DNA of 64,000 nt from an uncultured delta proteobacterium (lineage in GTDB: Bacteria; Myxococcota; Myxococcia; Myxococcales; Myxococcaceae). Where the stretch lies: positions 1 to 64,000 of the forward strand of contig CAVYSY010000057.1 in the NCBI GenBank assembly GCA_963771175.1. The letters are read 5' to 3'. A program made the translations under genes and the position numbers. The notes under the pieces are model-generated. The model was given only the letters and a program-made list of their open reading frames with translations. It was not told the DNA's origin and searched no databases. Of this stretch, positions 51,762-64,000 are shown piece by piece. Every line of letters starts with the position of its first letter. Positions within the stretch are counted from its first letter, which is position 1.

Positions 51762-53110
51762 GGCCGCGCCACCTCCAGCGTCCCCACCTTCGGGGGCGCG
51801 ACGAACACGGGGACCTTCGCGGGAGAGGGCCGCCGCATCCCCACCACCGCGCCCATCCACAGCAGCAACAGGGCGGAGCCGGGAATGGAGGAGAGCAGGC
51901 CCGTACCGATGAAGGCCGTCATCCACATCACCCCGGTGGTCACCCACATCATCCGGTCCGCCACCAGCGAGGCGCCCCGGCGCCGCGGCGGCATGCGGGA
52001 GAGGAGCCAGGCGACGAAGACGAGCCACATCACCAGCCCGATGAGCCCCTGCTCCAGGGCGATGCGGGCGAACTCATTCTCCAGGCCAATCTGGGGCCGG
52101 GCGAGGTCCGCGAGGAAGAAGGGGATGCTCGTCCCCGCGGCACTCCCCAGCCCGTTGCCCAGCGGGTAGTTCGTGACGACGTGCAGCAGGCTGGCGTTCA
52201 CGCTCCAGCCCACGCGCTCCGTCACGTACTCGGTGTCCTGCAGCGTCGCGAAGCGCTGGAAGCGCGGGTTCTGCATGACGATGAGGCCCACCACCAGGCC
52301 CACCCCCGTCACCGTCCCGAGCATCTTGAGCGAGAAGCGGGTGCACAGCATCAGCAGCCCGACGATGACCACGAGCTGCGCCACGGGGGAGCGCGCCGCG
52401 GAGATGAAGAGGCACAGCACGCTGCTGACCAGCACCCCGGCGGTGAGGACGCGGCTGTCCGGGCGACGCTGCCACCGGCGCACCAGCAGCGGCAGCGACA
52501 GCAGCAGGGTGCCCGCGAAGGCGTGGGCGCTGTTGAAGGTGGCGGGAATCCGGGGCTGCCGGTCCTCGCCCACGTCCTGGGACATATAGATGATGATGGA
52601 GGAGGCGTTGCGCGGGAAGAAGAGCTCCACCCCGACAGCCAGCTCCGCCAGCGCGAAGGCGAACGCCATCACGTTGAGCCACAGCAGCCACTCCCCGAAG
52701 CGGTCCAGCTCCTGCTCGTCCAGGCTCGCGCCGATGGAGAGGAGCGGCAGCAGGAGGATGGCCACCCGCAGGCCGACGAGCTGGATGAAGAAGTGCTGCG
52801 AGTCGAAGAGCGGCGACAGCACCATGGTGAAGAGGGGCCAGACCATCAGCACCTTCACCCACATCCGCAGCGCCAACCCGTCCCGGCCGACCCGCCCCGC
52901 CCTCTTCCGCCTGCCGGTGAGGACGGCCAGGTAGAGGCCCAGCACCGCGCCGTCGAAGATGAAGTGCGAGAGGCCGTCCGGGAAGCGCGCCCGGAGCATG
53001 CCGTACAGGTAGCCGAACAGCATCATCACGCCCAGGCCGTGGCCGGTGCCGCGCCGCGTGGCCAGCCACGTCCCCGCGAGGGCCAGCACCGTGAGCGCGA
53101 AGCCGATCAT
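51758..53110 (-). CDS. wzy: Wzy-like polysaccharide polymerase
   Basis: ~450-aa polytopic protein; RIPATF, SAARS, PLGNGLG..ENEFARIALEQG; located in the wzc operon. Confidence 0.7.
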   Translation of the reverse strand: MIGFALTVLALAGTWLATRRGTGHGLGVMMLFGYLYGMLRARFPDGLSHFIFDGAVLGLYLAVLTGRRKRAGRVGRDGLALRMWVKVLMVWPLFTMVLSPLFDSQHFFIQLVGLRVAILLLPLLSIGASLDEQELDRFGEWLLWLNVMAFAFALAELAVGVELFFPRNASSIIIYMSQDVGEDRQPRIPATFNSAHAFAGTLLLSLPLLVRRWQRRPDSRVLTAGVLVSSVLCLFISAARSPVAQLVVIVGLLMLCTRFSLKMLGTVTGVGLVVGLIVMQNPRFQRFATLQDTEYVTERVGWSVNASLLHVVTNYPLGNGLGSAAGTSIPFFLADLARPQIGLENEFARIALEQGLIGLVMWLVFVAWLLSRMPPRRRGASLVADRMMWVTTGVMWMTAFIGTGLLSSIPGSALLLLWMGAVVGMRRPSPAKVPVFVAPPKVGTLEVARP

Positions 53111-54243
53111 CCCCGCGCCTGCCTCGCGTCCAGGACGTCGCGGTAGACGGAGAGCACGCGCTCGCCCATGCGTGCCTGGGTGAACTCGGCCAGCACGCGC
53201 GCGCGGCCCGCCTCGCCCCAGGCCCGGCGCTGCTCCGGGTGGGCCAGCATCCGCCGCATGGCCGAGGCCAGCGCCGCTTCGTCCCCCGGCGGCACGGTGA
53301 GGCCGCTCTCCTCGTGGCGGCTGACGAAGGGCACCCCCGAGTCCAGCGCGGTGTTGATGACGGGCAACCCGCACGCCAGGGCCTCGAGCTGCACCAGCGC
53401 GAAGGCCTCGGCACGGGTGACGGAGGACAGCACGTAGGCGTCGCACGCATAGTAGAGCGTGGTGAGCGCCTCGTCCCCCAGGTGACCGAGGAAATGGACG
53501 CGGCCGGCCACGCCACACTCCCGGGCCAGCGCCTCCAGCTCCGCGCGCAGCGGCCCGTCTCCCACCAGCAGCAGGTGCGCGCCCTCCACCTGGCGCAGCG
53601 CGCGGATGGCGTGGTCGAAGCCCTTGTAATAGACGAGCCGCCCCACGCCCATCAGCAGCGGTGCCCCGCCGTACCGGGCCCGCAGGGCCGCGGCCGCCGC
53701 CTCGCGCTCGGGCGTGCGCTGGAAGCGCGTCACGTCGATGCCGAAGGGCACCATGTGACACCTCGCCCGGTGCGGGCGCAGCGCCTCGGACGTCTCCACA
53801 TAGTTGGGCGAGCCCACCAGGATGGCGTCCGCGCGCGCCAGCACCCGCTGCATGAAGGGCCCATACAGCTTCAGCAGCCGCTTCTGACGAACCACATCGC
53901 TGTGGTACGTGACGACGAGCCCGTGCCGCCTCGGCCGCACGCTGCCCAGGTACCCCATCACCGCCATGGGGTGCGGGAAGTGCATGTGCAGCAGGTCATA
54001 CCGGCGCCGCGAAAGCTCCAGCGGCAGCGTGGGGTTGAGCGAGGTGGAGGCCACCTTCACCAGCTCGGCGCAGCGGGTGACGGGCACACCGTGCACCACC
54101 TCGCGCAGGGTGCGCCGGGCGGTGTGGGAGACGAGCACCTCCAGCTCCACGCGGCCCTTGAGCTCCTCGCACAGGCCCGAGAGGTGCGTCTCCATGCCGC
54201 CCCGGTAGGGGGCGTAGTACTTGCCCAGTTGGAGGACCTTCAT
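53107..54243 (-). CDS. Glycosyltransferase family 4
   Basis: GKYYAPYRGGME, VGRLVYYKG, EAFALVQLEALA. Confidence 0.94.
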   Translation of the reverse strand: MKVLQLGKYYAPYRGGMETHLSGLCEELKGRVELEVLVSHTARRTLREVVHGVPVTRCAELVKVASTSLNPTLPLELSRRRYDLLHMHFPHPMAVMGYLGSVRPRRHGLVVTYHSDVVRQKRLLKLYGPFMQRVLARADAILVGSPNYVETSEALRPHRARCHMVPFGIDVTRFQRTPEREAAAAALRARYGGAPLLMGVGRLVYYKGFDHAIRALRQVEGAHLLLVGDGPLRAELEALARECGVAGRVHFLGHLGDEALTTLYYACDAYVLSSVTRAEAFALVQLEALACGLPVINTALDSGVPFVSRHEESGLTVPPGDEAALASAMRRMLAHPEQRRAWGEAGRARVLAEFTQARMGERVLSVYRDVLDARQARG

Positions 54244-54257
54244 GTCCAGAGCCCCTC

Positions 54258-56462
54258 TCAGGAGGCGGTGCGCCGCTCGTCGCGCTCGCCGCCGTAGGCG
54301 CGGTAGTCGTTATAGGCGTTGTACTCGGAGCCGTACCTGCCGCCCCTCACGTCCACATGGTTGAGCAGGGCGCCGATGATGTGGGCCTTCACGTCCCGCA
54401 GCGAGCGGATGGCGCGCTTCGCCTGCTCGCGGTGGGTGCCCCCGGCCTTGAGCACCAGCAGGATGCCGTCCGCCTGCTTGGAGAGGACGAGCGCGTCCGA
54501 GACGGGCCCCAGGGGCGGACTGTCCAGGAGGATGCAGTCATAGCGCTCCTTGAGCTTCTCCAGCAGCTCGGCGAAGGCGCGCGCGTGGAGCAGCTCGGCG
54601 GGGTTGGGAGGCAGCGGCCCGCAGGGCAGCACGAAGAGGTTGGGCACGTCCGTGGACTTGATGGCGCGCTCCAGCGAGCCCTCGCCCACCACCAGCGAGC
54701 TGACGCCCACGTCGTCGGGCAGGCCGAAGGCCCGGTGCAGGCGCGGCCGGCGCATGTCCGTGTCCATCAGCAGCACCCGGGTGCCCGTCTGCGCCATCAC
54801 CATGCCCAGGTTGATGACGGCGGTGGACTTGCCCTCGGAGGGCCCCGCCGAGCTGACCACCACCGTGCGGAAGGGCTTGTCCGGCGACATGAAGAGGAGG
54901 TTGGTGCGGATGGCCCGGCACATCTCCGCCGCGGGCGAGCGCGGGTGGCGGTGGATGAACAGGTCCGCCGAGCCCCCATCCACCTCGGAGTGCAGGGGCG
55001 GCATGGTCCCGATGAAGGACAACCCCAGCCGCTCCTCCACGTCCGCGCGGCTGCCCACGCTCGCGTCGAGGAACTCCAGTCCCAGCACCAGCACCACGCC
55101 CCCCATCAGGCCCAGCATCACGAAGAGCATCACCGCGCTCCGGGTGTTGGGCCGCACCGGCACCATGTTGGGGATGGCCGCGTCCAGCACGCGCACGTTG
55201 CTGGTGCGCAGCAGGCCCGACAGCTCTATCTCCTTGAAGCGCTTGAGAACCATCTCGTACAGGCGCTGGTCGTTCTGCGCCTCGCGCTGGAGCTTCTCGT
55301 AGGAGATCTCCTTCTCCGTCGCCTGGAAGGCCTCGGCCTTGGCCTTGTCCACCAGCACCAGGAGATTGCGCTCGTTGGCCTGGGCGGAGGCCAGGTCCGT
55401 CTCCGCGCCGCGCACGAGATTGTCCAGGCTGCGCCGCAGCTCCTGCTGCACCAAGACCAGCTTCTGCTGGCACTCCTGCATCTTGGGATGCTCCGCCAGG
55501 TAGCGCCCGGACAGCTCCACGCAGGCGGTGCGCTGCGTCAGCACCTGGTTGCGCAGCTCGCGCAGGGCGCCCTCGCCCGCCTCCGGGAGGCCCTCGGCCC
55601 AGTGCTCCGACTCGGAGCTGGCGCTCTTGCGGAGCTGGCGCATGGAGTCCACGCGGGCCTGGAGGGCGGCCATCTTCGTGCGCACACCGATGAGCTCGGC
55701 CATGTAGCGGTCGTAGGCCTGCTTCGCCGTGCTCTGCTGCTGCGGCCCGCCCTTGCCCTCGATGGTGATGGAGAGCAGGTCCGCGCCGCGCTTGAACTTG
55801 TAGAGGTCCAGCTCGCTGCCGCTGGCGCGCGTGCCCAGCTCGCTCAGGCGCTCCTCGAGCCAGGCGCTGGCGCCCTCGGTCGTCTTCAACCGGAGGGCGA
55901 GGTTCTCCGCGATATAGGCCTCGGCCACCTCGTTGGCCAGCAGCGCCGCGCGCTTGGGGTCCACGTCCTCCACGGCGATGCGCACCACGCGCGAGTTGGC
56001 CGAGGGGATGACGGAGATGCGCGAGCGCACCAGCGACACCGCGTCGATGGAGGCCATGACCTTCTTGCGCGCCTCCTCGTCCTGGATGCCCTCCACTCCG
56101 AGGAAGGCTGGATCGTTGCGCAGACCCAGCCGGTCCACCACCCGCGAGGCCACCGAGCGCGAGGTGATGACCTCGCTCTGGGTCGTGTAGTACTCCTTGT
56201 TCGCCCAGTAGTTGCCCCGCTCGTCGCCCATCACCTCCTTGACGTCGGTGTCCAGGACGCGAGGCGCGGCGACGTCGATGATGAGGGAGGTGCTCGCCGC
56301 GTAGATTTTCGGCTGGCGCAGGGTGTGGAACGTGCCCGCCAGCACCACCACGGCCATCACGCCAACGATGAGCCACTTGCGACGCCAGAGCGCGCGGACG
56401 TACTGCATCACGTCCAGCGAGGGCTCGGGGGCCTCGGGGGCCTCGTTTGGGGTCTGTTCCAC
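54258..56462 (-). CDS. wzc: Polysaccharide co-polymerase / BY-kinase
   Basis: Two TM segments flanking a coiled coil; Walker A GPSEGKST, DTDMRRP, LLDSPP; C-terminal Tyr cluster. Confidence 0.95.
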   Translation of the reverse strand: MEQTPNEAPEAPEPSLDVMQYVRALWRRKWLIVGVMAVVVLAGTFHTLRQPKIYAASTSLIIDVAAPRVLDTDVKEVMGDERGNYWANKEYYTTQSEVITSRSVASRVVDRLGLRNDPAFLGVEGIQDEEARKKVMASIDAVSLVRSRISVIPSANSRVVRIAVEDVDPKRAALLANEVAEAYIAENLALRLKTTEGASAWLEERLSELGTRASGSELDLYKFKRGADLLSITIEGKGGPQQQSTAKQAYDRYMAELIGVRTKMAALQARVDSMRQLRKSASSESEHWAEGLPEAGEGALRELRNQVLTQRTACVELSGRYLAEHPKMQECQQKLVLVQQELRRSLDNLVRGAETDLASAQANERNLLVLVDKAKAEAFQATEKEISYEKLQREAQNDQRLYEMVLKRFKEIELSGLLRTSNVRVLDAAIPNMVPVRPNTRSAVMLFVMLGLMGGVVLVLGLEFLDASVGSRADVEERLGLSFIGTMPPLHSEVDGGSADLFIHRHPRSPAAEMCRAIRTNLLFMSPDKPFRTVVVSSAGPSEGKSTAVINLGMVMAQTGTRVLLMDTDMRRPRLHRAFGLPDDVGVSSLVVGEGSLERAIKSTDVPNLFVLPCGPLPPNPAELLHARAFAELLEKLKERYDCILLDSPPLGPVSDALVLSKQADGILLVLKAGGTHREQAKRAIRSLRDVKAHIIGALLNHVDVRGGRYGSEYNAYNDYRAYGGERDERRTAS

Positions 56463-56627
56463 GTCGCTCTCCTGTCGGGCCCGGGCGAGCCCGCTGCGTG
56501 GCCAAGAGGTCAGACTGCCCCGGCAGCACCAGGGGGTCAATCTTCACCGACTCGCCCGGATGCCCTCCGGACACACGCCCTGTTCACATGCGAGCACCCG
56601 CGTCGGCGGTGTGGTAGTCACGGCGCC

Positions 56628-58320
<1,693 letters not shown>

Positions 58321-58340
58321 GCGCCCTGCCCGAGCCGCGC

Positions 58341-59964
58341 GTGCCACGCCGCGCGGTGTACGCGGTGCTCGTGGCGCTGTACGTGCTGCTGTTCCCCTAC
58401 CACCCGGGCCTGCGCTCGCCGAACGAGCTGTGCCGCCTGTGGCAGACGCGCGCGCTGGTGGAGTTCGGCACGCTCGAGCTCAACCAGGCGCTGCGGGACT
58501 CGGGCCACGTGGGCGACCTGTCCGTGAAGGACGGGCGCTACTACCCGTCCAAGGCGCCCGCTGCTCTCCTTCGCCGCGGTGCCGGTGTACGCGGTGCTCG
58601 CGGTGCTGGGCGGCGGCGGCCGCGACGCGGTGCCCGAGGTGCCGCTGGTCTTCTTCGCCCGGCTGCTTCCTCACGGTGCTGCCCACGCTGTGCATGCTGT
58701 GGCTGCGTGCGCCGCTTCCTGCGCGCGTACCTGTCCCGGGCCGGTGGCCGACGCGCTGACGGTGACCTACGGCGCTGGGCTCGCTCGCGTTCAGCTACTC
58801 GCTGCTCTTCATGAGCCACCAGACGACGGCGGTGCTGCTCTTCGGCGGCTTCTACGCGCTGTGGCGCTGCGCGCGCGGCGAGTGGCGCGAGCGCGGCTAC
58901 CTCGTGGCCGGCGCGTGCGCGGGAGCCACGGTCGCCGCCGAGTACACCGGCGCGCTGGGCGTGCTGGCGCTGGTGCTGTACGCGGTGCTCACCGTGCTGC
59001 TGCGCCGCGAGCCCTGGCGCGCGCGGCTGGTGCGCCTGGGCGAGCGGCGCGGGCTGGCCACGCTGGGGGCGCTGCCCTTCGTGCTGGGGCTCATGGCTCT
59101 ACCACCAGGCCGCCTTCGGGCACCCGCTGCAGAGCGGCTACAAGTACCTCACCGACGCGGCCTACCAGCCCTGGCACCTGGGCGGCTTCCTGGGCATCCG
59201 CTACCCGGACCCGCGCGCCTTCGTCCTCTCCTTCTTCTCGCCGCTGCGCGGGCTCTTCACCCTCGCGCCCTTCCTGCTGCTCGCGCTGCCGGGCGCTGTG
59301 CTGCTGCGCCGCGAGGCGCGCGCGCGTCCGAGGAGCGCGCGCCCGCTCGCGGCTTCACCGTGGCTGCTGCTCGGCGGGCTACACCTACTTCACCTCGTCC
59401 TTCTCCTACGACTCCTGGGGCTGGACCACCGGCCCGCGGCACCTGACGGGGCTGGTCCCCTTCCTGCTGCTGCCCGCGGGGCTGTTGCTCGAGCGGCTGC
59501 GGGACCGGGGAAAGGCCTGGGGCTGCTGGGCGTGGGCGCGGCGGCTGTGCGCGGCGTCGATCGTGGTCACCGGCGCGATCACCTTCGTGAACTACATCCC
59601 CGACGACGTCTCCAACGCGCTGTTCGGACTGGCGCTGCCGCTGTTGAAGGACGGCTACCTGCCCCCGAGCGCGTTGAACGTCCTCGGCCTCTCCAACCCG
59701 GCAGCAGGAGTGCTGCTGCTGGGCCTGCTGCTCGGCCTGGCCGGCTGGGTGTCCTGGCGACTGGGGACGAGCGAGGGCAGCCGGCCCGGCGCCGCGCACC
59801 TGCTGGCGGGGCTCGCGACGCTGGCGGTGCTGCTCGGAGCACAGGCCGCGACAGCCCGGCACCACGCCGCGGACCAGGGCGCGGTGCGCTTCCTGGAGAA
59901 GCTCTGGCTCGTGCCTCCCGGCCGGAGCCTGGACTTCCAACCCCCCCCACCGGAGCCGTCGTGA
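58341..59964 (+). CDS. Polytopic membrane protein (possible GT-C fold); many frameshifts; start approximate
   Basis: SPNELCRL, GDLSVKDGRYYPSKAP, GWTTGPRHL, many TM segments. Confidence 0.6.
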
Positions 59965-59988
59965 CGGTGCCCTCCGGGACTCGCGGCC

Positions 59989-61104
59989 CTACGCGCCCGC
60001 GCCCGACACGGGGGGGATGACCGGAGGAGCGTCCAGGGACTTCCGGTCGAGGAGCCGCTTCAGGCCCCGCCGCGAGGGCTCCTCCACCAGGCGCCACAGC
60101 CCATACCCCGAGGCGAGCAAGAGCCCCGCGTAGAGGCCGAGCCCCAGCATCCGCGGCGCGAGCGACAGGCGCTCCAGGGTTTGCGCGGGGAACACCTCGT
60201 TGAGCACCTTCTGCACCAGCGCATGGCTGATGTAGAGCGAGTAGGAGATTTCCCCCAGCCACACCAGGGGCCGCGAGCACAGCGCCGAGAGCTCTCCGGG
60301 CCGCAGCCCGGCCAGCCCCCAGAGGAGCGTGGCGAAGAGGACGAAGAAGAGCCGGTGCGGAACGCCGTCGAGCATCAGCGCCAGCGCGAGGCCCGCGAAC
60401 GAGGCCAGCGCGACCAGGCGTGGCAGCCACGGCACGGGACGCAAGGTGCGCGAGATGTGGAAGAGGGCCATGCCCACCGGGAACGTGGCCAGCACGCGCA
60501 GCAGCTCCCCAAAGGGCGCCTGCGGCGTCGTGAAGAATCCGAACACGACCACGCCGGCGCAGCCTCCGAGGAGGAGGACGTTGGCCGCCACGCCTCGCAC
60601 GCGACGCAGGAGCACCGCGAGCAGGGGGAAGCAGAGGTAGGCGAACCACTCCGCGCTGACCGACCAGGCCGGGTAGTTCCAGCTCAGCTTCATGAAGGGG
60701 ACCCACGCCTGGGTGAGCGTGAGGTGCTGCAGGAAGGTCACCAGCCCGTACCCCTCCTCCGTCAGCCCGTACCCCAGGACGCGGGCGACCACCACCATGG
60801 GCAGCACCGCGAGCAGCCCCACCAGGTGCGCGGGGTAGATGCGCGCCAGGCGCATGACGAGGAAGCGGAAGCACGCCCGGCGCTCGAGAAGCCCGGGCAC
60901 GTCCAGGTAGTTGTAGGCGATGACGTAGCCGCTCAGCAGGAAGAAGAGGTCGACGGCGTAGTGCCCATGCCCGATCAACCGAGTCAGGGGGCCTGCCGGC
61001 AATCCCCCCGCGCGCAGAACGTCCTGGAAGTGGTAGAACACCACCCAGACCGCCGCGAGGCCCCGTAGGCTGGTGAGTGCTGGAAGGTGGATGCGCGTCT
61101 GCAA
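59989..61104 (-). CDS. Acyltransferase family 3 (OafA-like O-acyltransferase); start approximate
   Basis: LTSLRGLAA..VVFYH, VDLFFLLSG, RLARIYP, WSVSAEW, GEISYSLYISH. Confidence 0.92.
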   Translation of the reverse strand: MQTRIHLPALTSLRGLAAVWVVFYHFQDVLRAGGLPAGPLTRLIGHGHYAVDLFFLLSGYVIAYNYLDVPGLLERRACFRFLVMRLARIYPAHLVGLLAVLPMVVVARVLGYGLTEEGYGLVTFLQHLTLTQAWVPFMKLSWNYPAWSVSAEWFAYLCFPLLAVLLRRVRGVAANVLLLGGCAGVVVFGFFTTPQAPFGELLRVLATFPVGMALFHISRTLRPVPWLPRLVALASFAGLALALMLDGVPHRLFFVLFATLLWGLAGLRPGELSALCSRPLVWLGEISYSLYISHALVQKVLNEVFPAQTLERLSLAPRMLGLGLYAGLLLASGYGLWRLVEEPSRRGLKRLLDRKSLDAPPVIPPVSGAGA

Positions 61105-61307
61105 GCCCGCGCAAGCTACCTGGAAACACCCCCCCCTTCGAGCCTCCCCAGGGTGCTGAGTGACTGTCGCCCCGCGGACCCTCGTGCTCTTCCTGAAGCA
61201 GGTTCCAAGCCCACTGACCCAGGAGGATTCCCTCTGGCCACCACCACCCCTGTCGGTCGACACTGGACCCATCGCCCGAGCTGCCTCATCTCTGGAGACT
61301 GCCCACC

Positions 61308-61631
61308 ATGAAGACCCGGTACGCCCTGCTGCTCTCTCTCTCCCTGGCCACCACCGCCCACGCCGCTGACGACGTCGTCGAGGTGTGGACGGCCAAGTGC
61401 AAGTCCTGCCATGGCATGGATGGCCGCGCCCAGACGCCGATGGGGAAGAAGGAGGCCATCGTCGATATGGCCCAGCCGGCCTGGCAGCAGGCCCAGACCG
61501 ACGCGGACATCCGCGAGTTCATCGCCGAGGGCTCCCCCCGCAAGAAGAAGATGAAGCCCTTCAAGGACAAGCTCACCCCCGAGCAGATCGACTCGCTCGT
61601 CGCCTACATCCGCACCCTCAAGAAGGGCTGA
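61308..61631 (+). CDS. Class I c-type cytochrome
   Basis: Signal peptide, CKSCH, distal Met in KMKPF, LVAYIRTL. Confidence 0.93.
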   Translation: MKTRYALLLSLSLATTAHAADDVVEVWTAKCKSCHGMDGRAQTPMGKKEAIVDMAQPAWQQAQTDADIREFIAEGSPRKKKMKPFKDKLTPEQIDSLVAYIRTLKKG

Positions 61632-61701
61632 GCCCCCTCCGGGCGGGAGGTGAATATCCCGCCCCCTGCCCCGTCCGTGGACTCGACTGGAGGCTCCCCC
61701 C

Positions 61702-61893
61702 ATGCGCACCCTCGCCACCGCCCTCTTCTCCCTCTTCGTCCTCGCCGGATTCCTGGACTCGCCCGGCCTCGGGACCCAGGCCCGGCACGCCACCGGCTCC
61801 TCCCTCACCAGCGGTGATGGGAAGGACGGAGGCGACTCCGGAGGGGATGACGACAACGATGATGACGATGAGGAAGTCCGGGCGATTGGCTGA
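61702..61893 (+). CDS. Small hypothetical protein with signal-like N-terminus and acidic tail
   Basis: GGAGG SD; hydrophobic N-terminus; poly-Asp. Confidence 0.45.
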   Translation: MRTLATALFSLFVLAGFLDSPGLGTQARHATGSSLTSGDGKDGGDSGGDDDNDDDDEEVRAIG

Positions 61894-62015
61894 GTAGGAC
61901 ACTGTGGGCCCTGGGTGCTGGGTGACTGCCGCTCCCCCGGCCCCTCCGTCTTCCGTTGACCCACACCAGTCTGGCTCCTAATTACCGGGAGGGCGCTCAT
62001 GAGGTGCCCTCTCGG

Positions 62016-64000
62016 ATGGAAACTCCTTTTACCCAGAAGCTCGATGTGGAGGCCCTTCGCGCGCCTCCGGTGGCAGGGGACCCCTTCGCCCGCGTGGTGG
62101 AGCTGCTCCGCCCTGGCCTGCGTGTCCGGACACAGGGCATCCAGGGAGCCGCTCGCGGGCATGCGCTCGCCCGGCTCACGCGCACCCTCCAGGCGCCCCT
62201 CGTCTGCATCGCCCCCGATGAAGAGTCCGCGGATGCGCTCGCGAATGACCTCGCCTTCTTCCTCGGCGGCCGAGGGACCGCGCGCGAGCCCCGCGTCCTC
62301 CGCCTCCCGGCCGACGAGGTGCTCCCCTACGACGAGCTCTCCCCGGATGCGGACGCCGTCGCCGATCGGCTCGGCGCCCTCTTCCACCTGAGCAAGGGCA
62401 CCCGCTTCCCCGCGCTCGTGCTGTCGATGCGCGGCCTCTTCCGCAAGGTGCTGCCCACGCAGGTGATGAGCGAGCTGTCCGAGCGCGTCGGCGTGGGCCA
62501 GGACTTCGACCGCGACGCGCTCGCCCGCAAGCTCGCCAACATGGGCTACCAGAGCAGCCCGCTCGTCGAGGACCTGGGCACCTTCTCCGTGCGCGGCGGC
62601 CTCATCGACGTCTTCAGCCCGCTCTACGACAAGCCCGTCCGCATCGAGTTCTTCGGCGACACCATCGAGTCCATCCGCGCCTTCGATCCGGAGTCGCAGC
62701 GCACCGTGGACTCACTCCAGGAGATCATCCTCCTGCCCGCGCGCGAGGTCATCTTCTCCGAGCAGACGCGCGCGCGCGCCGAGTCCGCGGCCCGTGCCGT
62801 CGCCGACCGCATCAACCTGCCCACCACGAAGTTGCGCGAGCAGCTCGACGCCATCCGCGAGGGCCTGCCCGGCTTCGGGCTGGAGGGCCTGCTGCCCGGC
62901 TTCTTCGAGGGAGGCCTGGGCACCGTCTTCGACTACCTCTCCCAGTGGCACCAGGAGCCGCTCTTCTACCTGGACGACCCCCTGGGCCTCGAGCGCGTCG
63001 CCGAGGAGCTATGGACCGAGGTGGAGCGCTCCGCCCACGCCGCCGATGAGCGGCAGGACCTCACCTGCCCGCCCGGGGAGCACTTCCTCACCCACGAGGA
63101 GTTGAATCAGAAGCTCGCGACCTTCCGCGTGATGGAGGGCGGGGGCCTGTCGCTCACCCAGAGCGAGACGCCGCCCGTGCTCTTCTCCTTCGGCTCCACC
63201 GAGGACGTGCGCCAGGCCATCCTCGCCCACCACGGTGAGGAGGGCGCGCTCACCCCGCTCGTCGAGCGGCTCCAGCGCTGGCGTGACTCCCGCGTCGCCT
63301 GCGCCGTGGCTTGCGGCGCCCTGAGCCAGGCGGACCGCCTCAAGCACCTGCTGCTGGACCGCAACGTGATGGTGCGCGTCCACACCGAGCCGCTCGAGGA
63401 TGCGTCCACGCTCTACGAGCCCTCCGTCTACGCCCACCTCTTCACGGGCGAGGTGAGCCACGGCTTCGTGGACGGGGCCGGTGGCCTCGCCGTGCTCTCC
63501 GACGAGGAGATTTTTGGCGCTCGGGCCCGCCGTCGCGTGCGGCGCTCGAAGAGCCTGGATGCCTTCGCCTCGGGCTTCAAGGACCTCAAGGAAGGCGACC
63601 TCATCGTCCACACCGACTTCGGCATCGGCCGCTATTCGGGCCTGACGAAGATGCAGGTGAACGGCGTGCCCGGGGACTTCCTCGTCCTCGAGTACCTCGG
63701 CAAGGACAAGATCTACCTCCCGGTGGGCCGCATGCGGCTCATCCAGAAGTTCACCGGTGGCGACCCCACCCAGGTGACGCTGGACAAGCTGGGGACCACG
63801 TCCTGGGAGAAGACGAAGAAGCGGGTCAAGGAGCAGCTCCTCAAGATGGCGGCCGAGCTCCTCAACATCGCGGCGGCGCGCCGGGCGCACCCGGGCCACG
63901 CCTTCAGCCCGCCGGACCGGTACTACGCCCAGTTCGAGGCGGACTTCGAGTTCGAGGAGACGCCGGACCAGGGCAAGGCCATCGAGGACGTGCTCAGCGA
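62016..64000 (+). CDS. mfd: Transcription-repair coupling factor (partial, continues past the window)
   Basis: Read manually: FSVRGGLIDVF, RIEFFGDTIESIR, GDLIVHTDFGIGRY, LDKLG..WEKTK, FEFEETPDQ. Confidence 0.96.
   Translation, partial: METPFTQKLDVEALRAPPVAGDPFARVVELLRPGLRVRTQGIQGAARGHALARLTRTLQAPLVCIAPDEESADALANDLAFFLGGRGTAREPRVLRLPADEVLPYDELSPDADAVADRLGALFHLSKGTRFPALVLSMRGLFRKVLPTQVMSELSERVGVGQDFDRDALARKLANMGYQSSPLVEDLGTFSVRGGLIDVFSPLYDKPVRIEFFGDTIESIRAFDPESQRTVDSLQEIILLPAREVIFSEQTRARAESAARAVADRINLPTTKLREQLDAIREGLPGFGLEGLLPGFFEGGLGTVFDYLSQWHQEPLFYLDDPLGLERVAEELWTEVERSAHAADERQDLTCPPGEHFLTHEELNQKLATFRVMEGGGLSLTQSETPPVLFSFGSTEDVRQAILAHHGEEGALTPLVERLQRWRDSRVACAVACGALSQADRLKHLLLDRNVMVRVHTEPLEDASTLYEPSVYAHLFTGEVSHGFVDGAGGLAVLSDEEIFGARARRRVRRSKSLDAFASGFKDLKEGDLIVHTDFGIGRYSGLTKMQVNGVPGDFLVLEYLGKDKIYLPVGRMRLIQKFTGGDPTQVTLDKLGTTSWEKTKKRVKEQLLKMAAELLNIAAARRAHPGHAFSPPDRYYAQFEADFEFEETPDQGKAIEDVLS

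Noticed and set aside
61840..61875. GAT/GAC-rich low-complexity run
   Set aside because: Simply encodes the poly-Asp tail of a small ORF

Overview
High-GC myxobacterial DNA (Myxococcales, probably Archangiaceae-like, judged from gene content and order). Many single-base frameshifts (dense at 1-3.7 kb and 57-59.5 kb, scattered elsewhere) look like long-read consensus errors. Backbone: GH3 hexosaminidase, hpf/raiA, then rpoN-lptB-lptA-lptC-lipid A acyltransferase, astB and ybaK. A large Wzx/Wzy-dependent polysaccharide region follows (WaaL/Wzy_C-TPR, ugd, two NTP_transf_5 proteins, WecA-like transferase, about 8 glycosyltransferases, NDP-sugar enzymes, wzx, wzy, wzc), then a GT2-methyltransferase, P-II, acyltransferase, cytochrome c and mfd (runs off the end). 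Accessory material includes an orphan PAS kinase, an orphan PilY1, tal/rpiA, two paralogous Cys-rich membrane-anchored proteins, an antiporter islet and a monoheme lipoprotein. Most notable: (1) doublets of the palindrome CACTTCTGGACGTCCAGAAGTG next to both Cys-rich paralogs, plus a half-site at the astB stop; (2) a candidate structured RNA in the hpf/raiA leader; (3) a 52-bp duplication of the ugd 3' end bracketing the antiporter islet; (4) an LptA with two ~78%-identical tandem domains; (5) a direct-repeat-flanked heme lipoprotein insertion. No rRNA, tRNA, CRISPR array, integrase or transposase was recognised.
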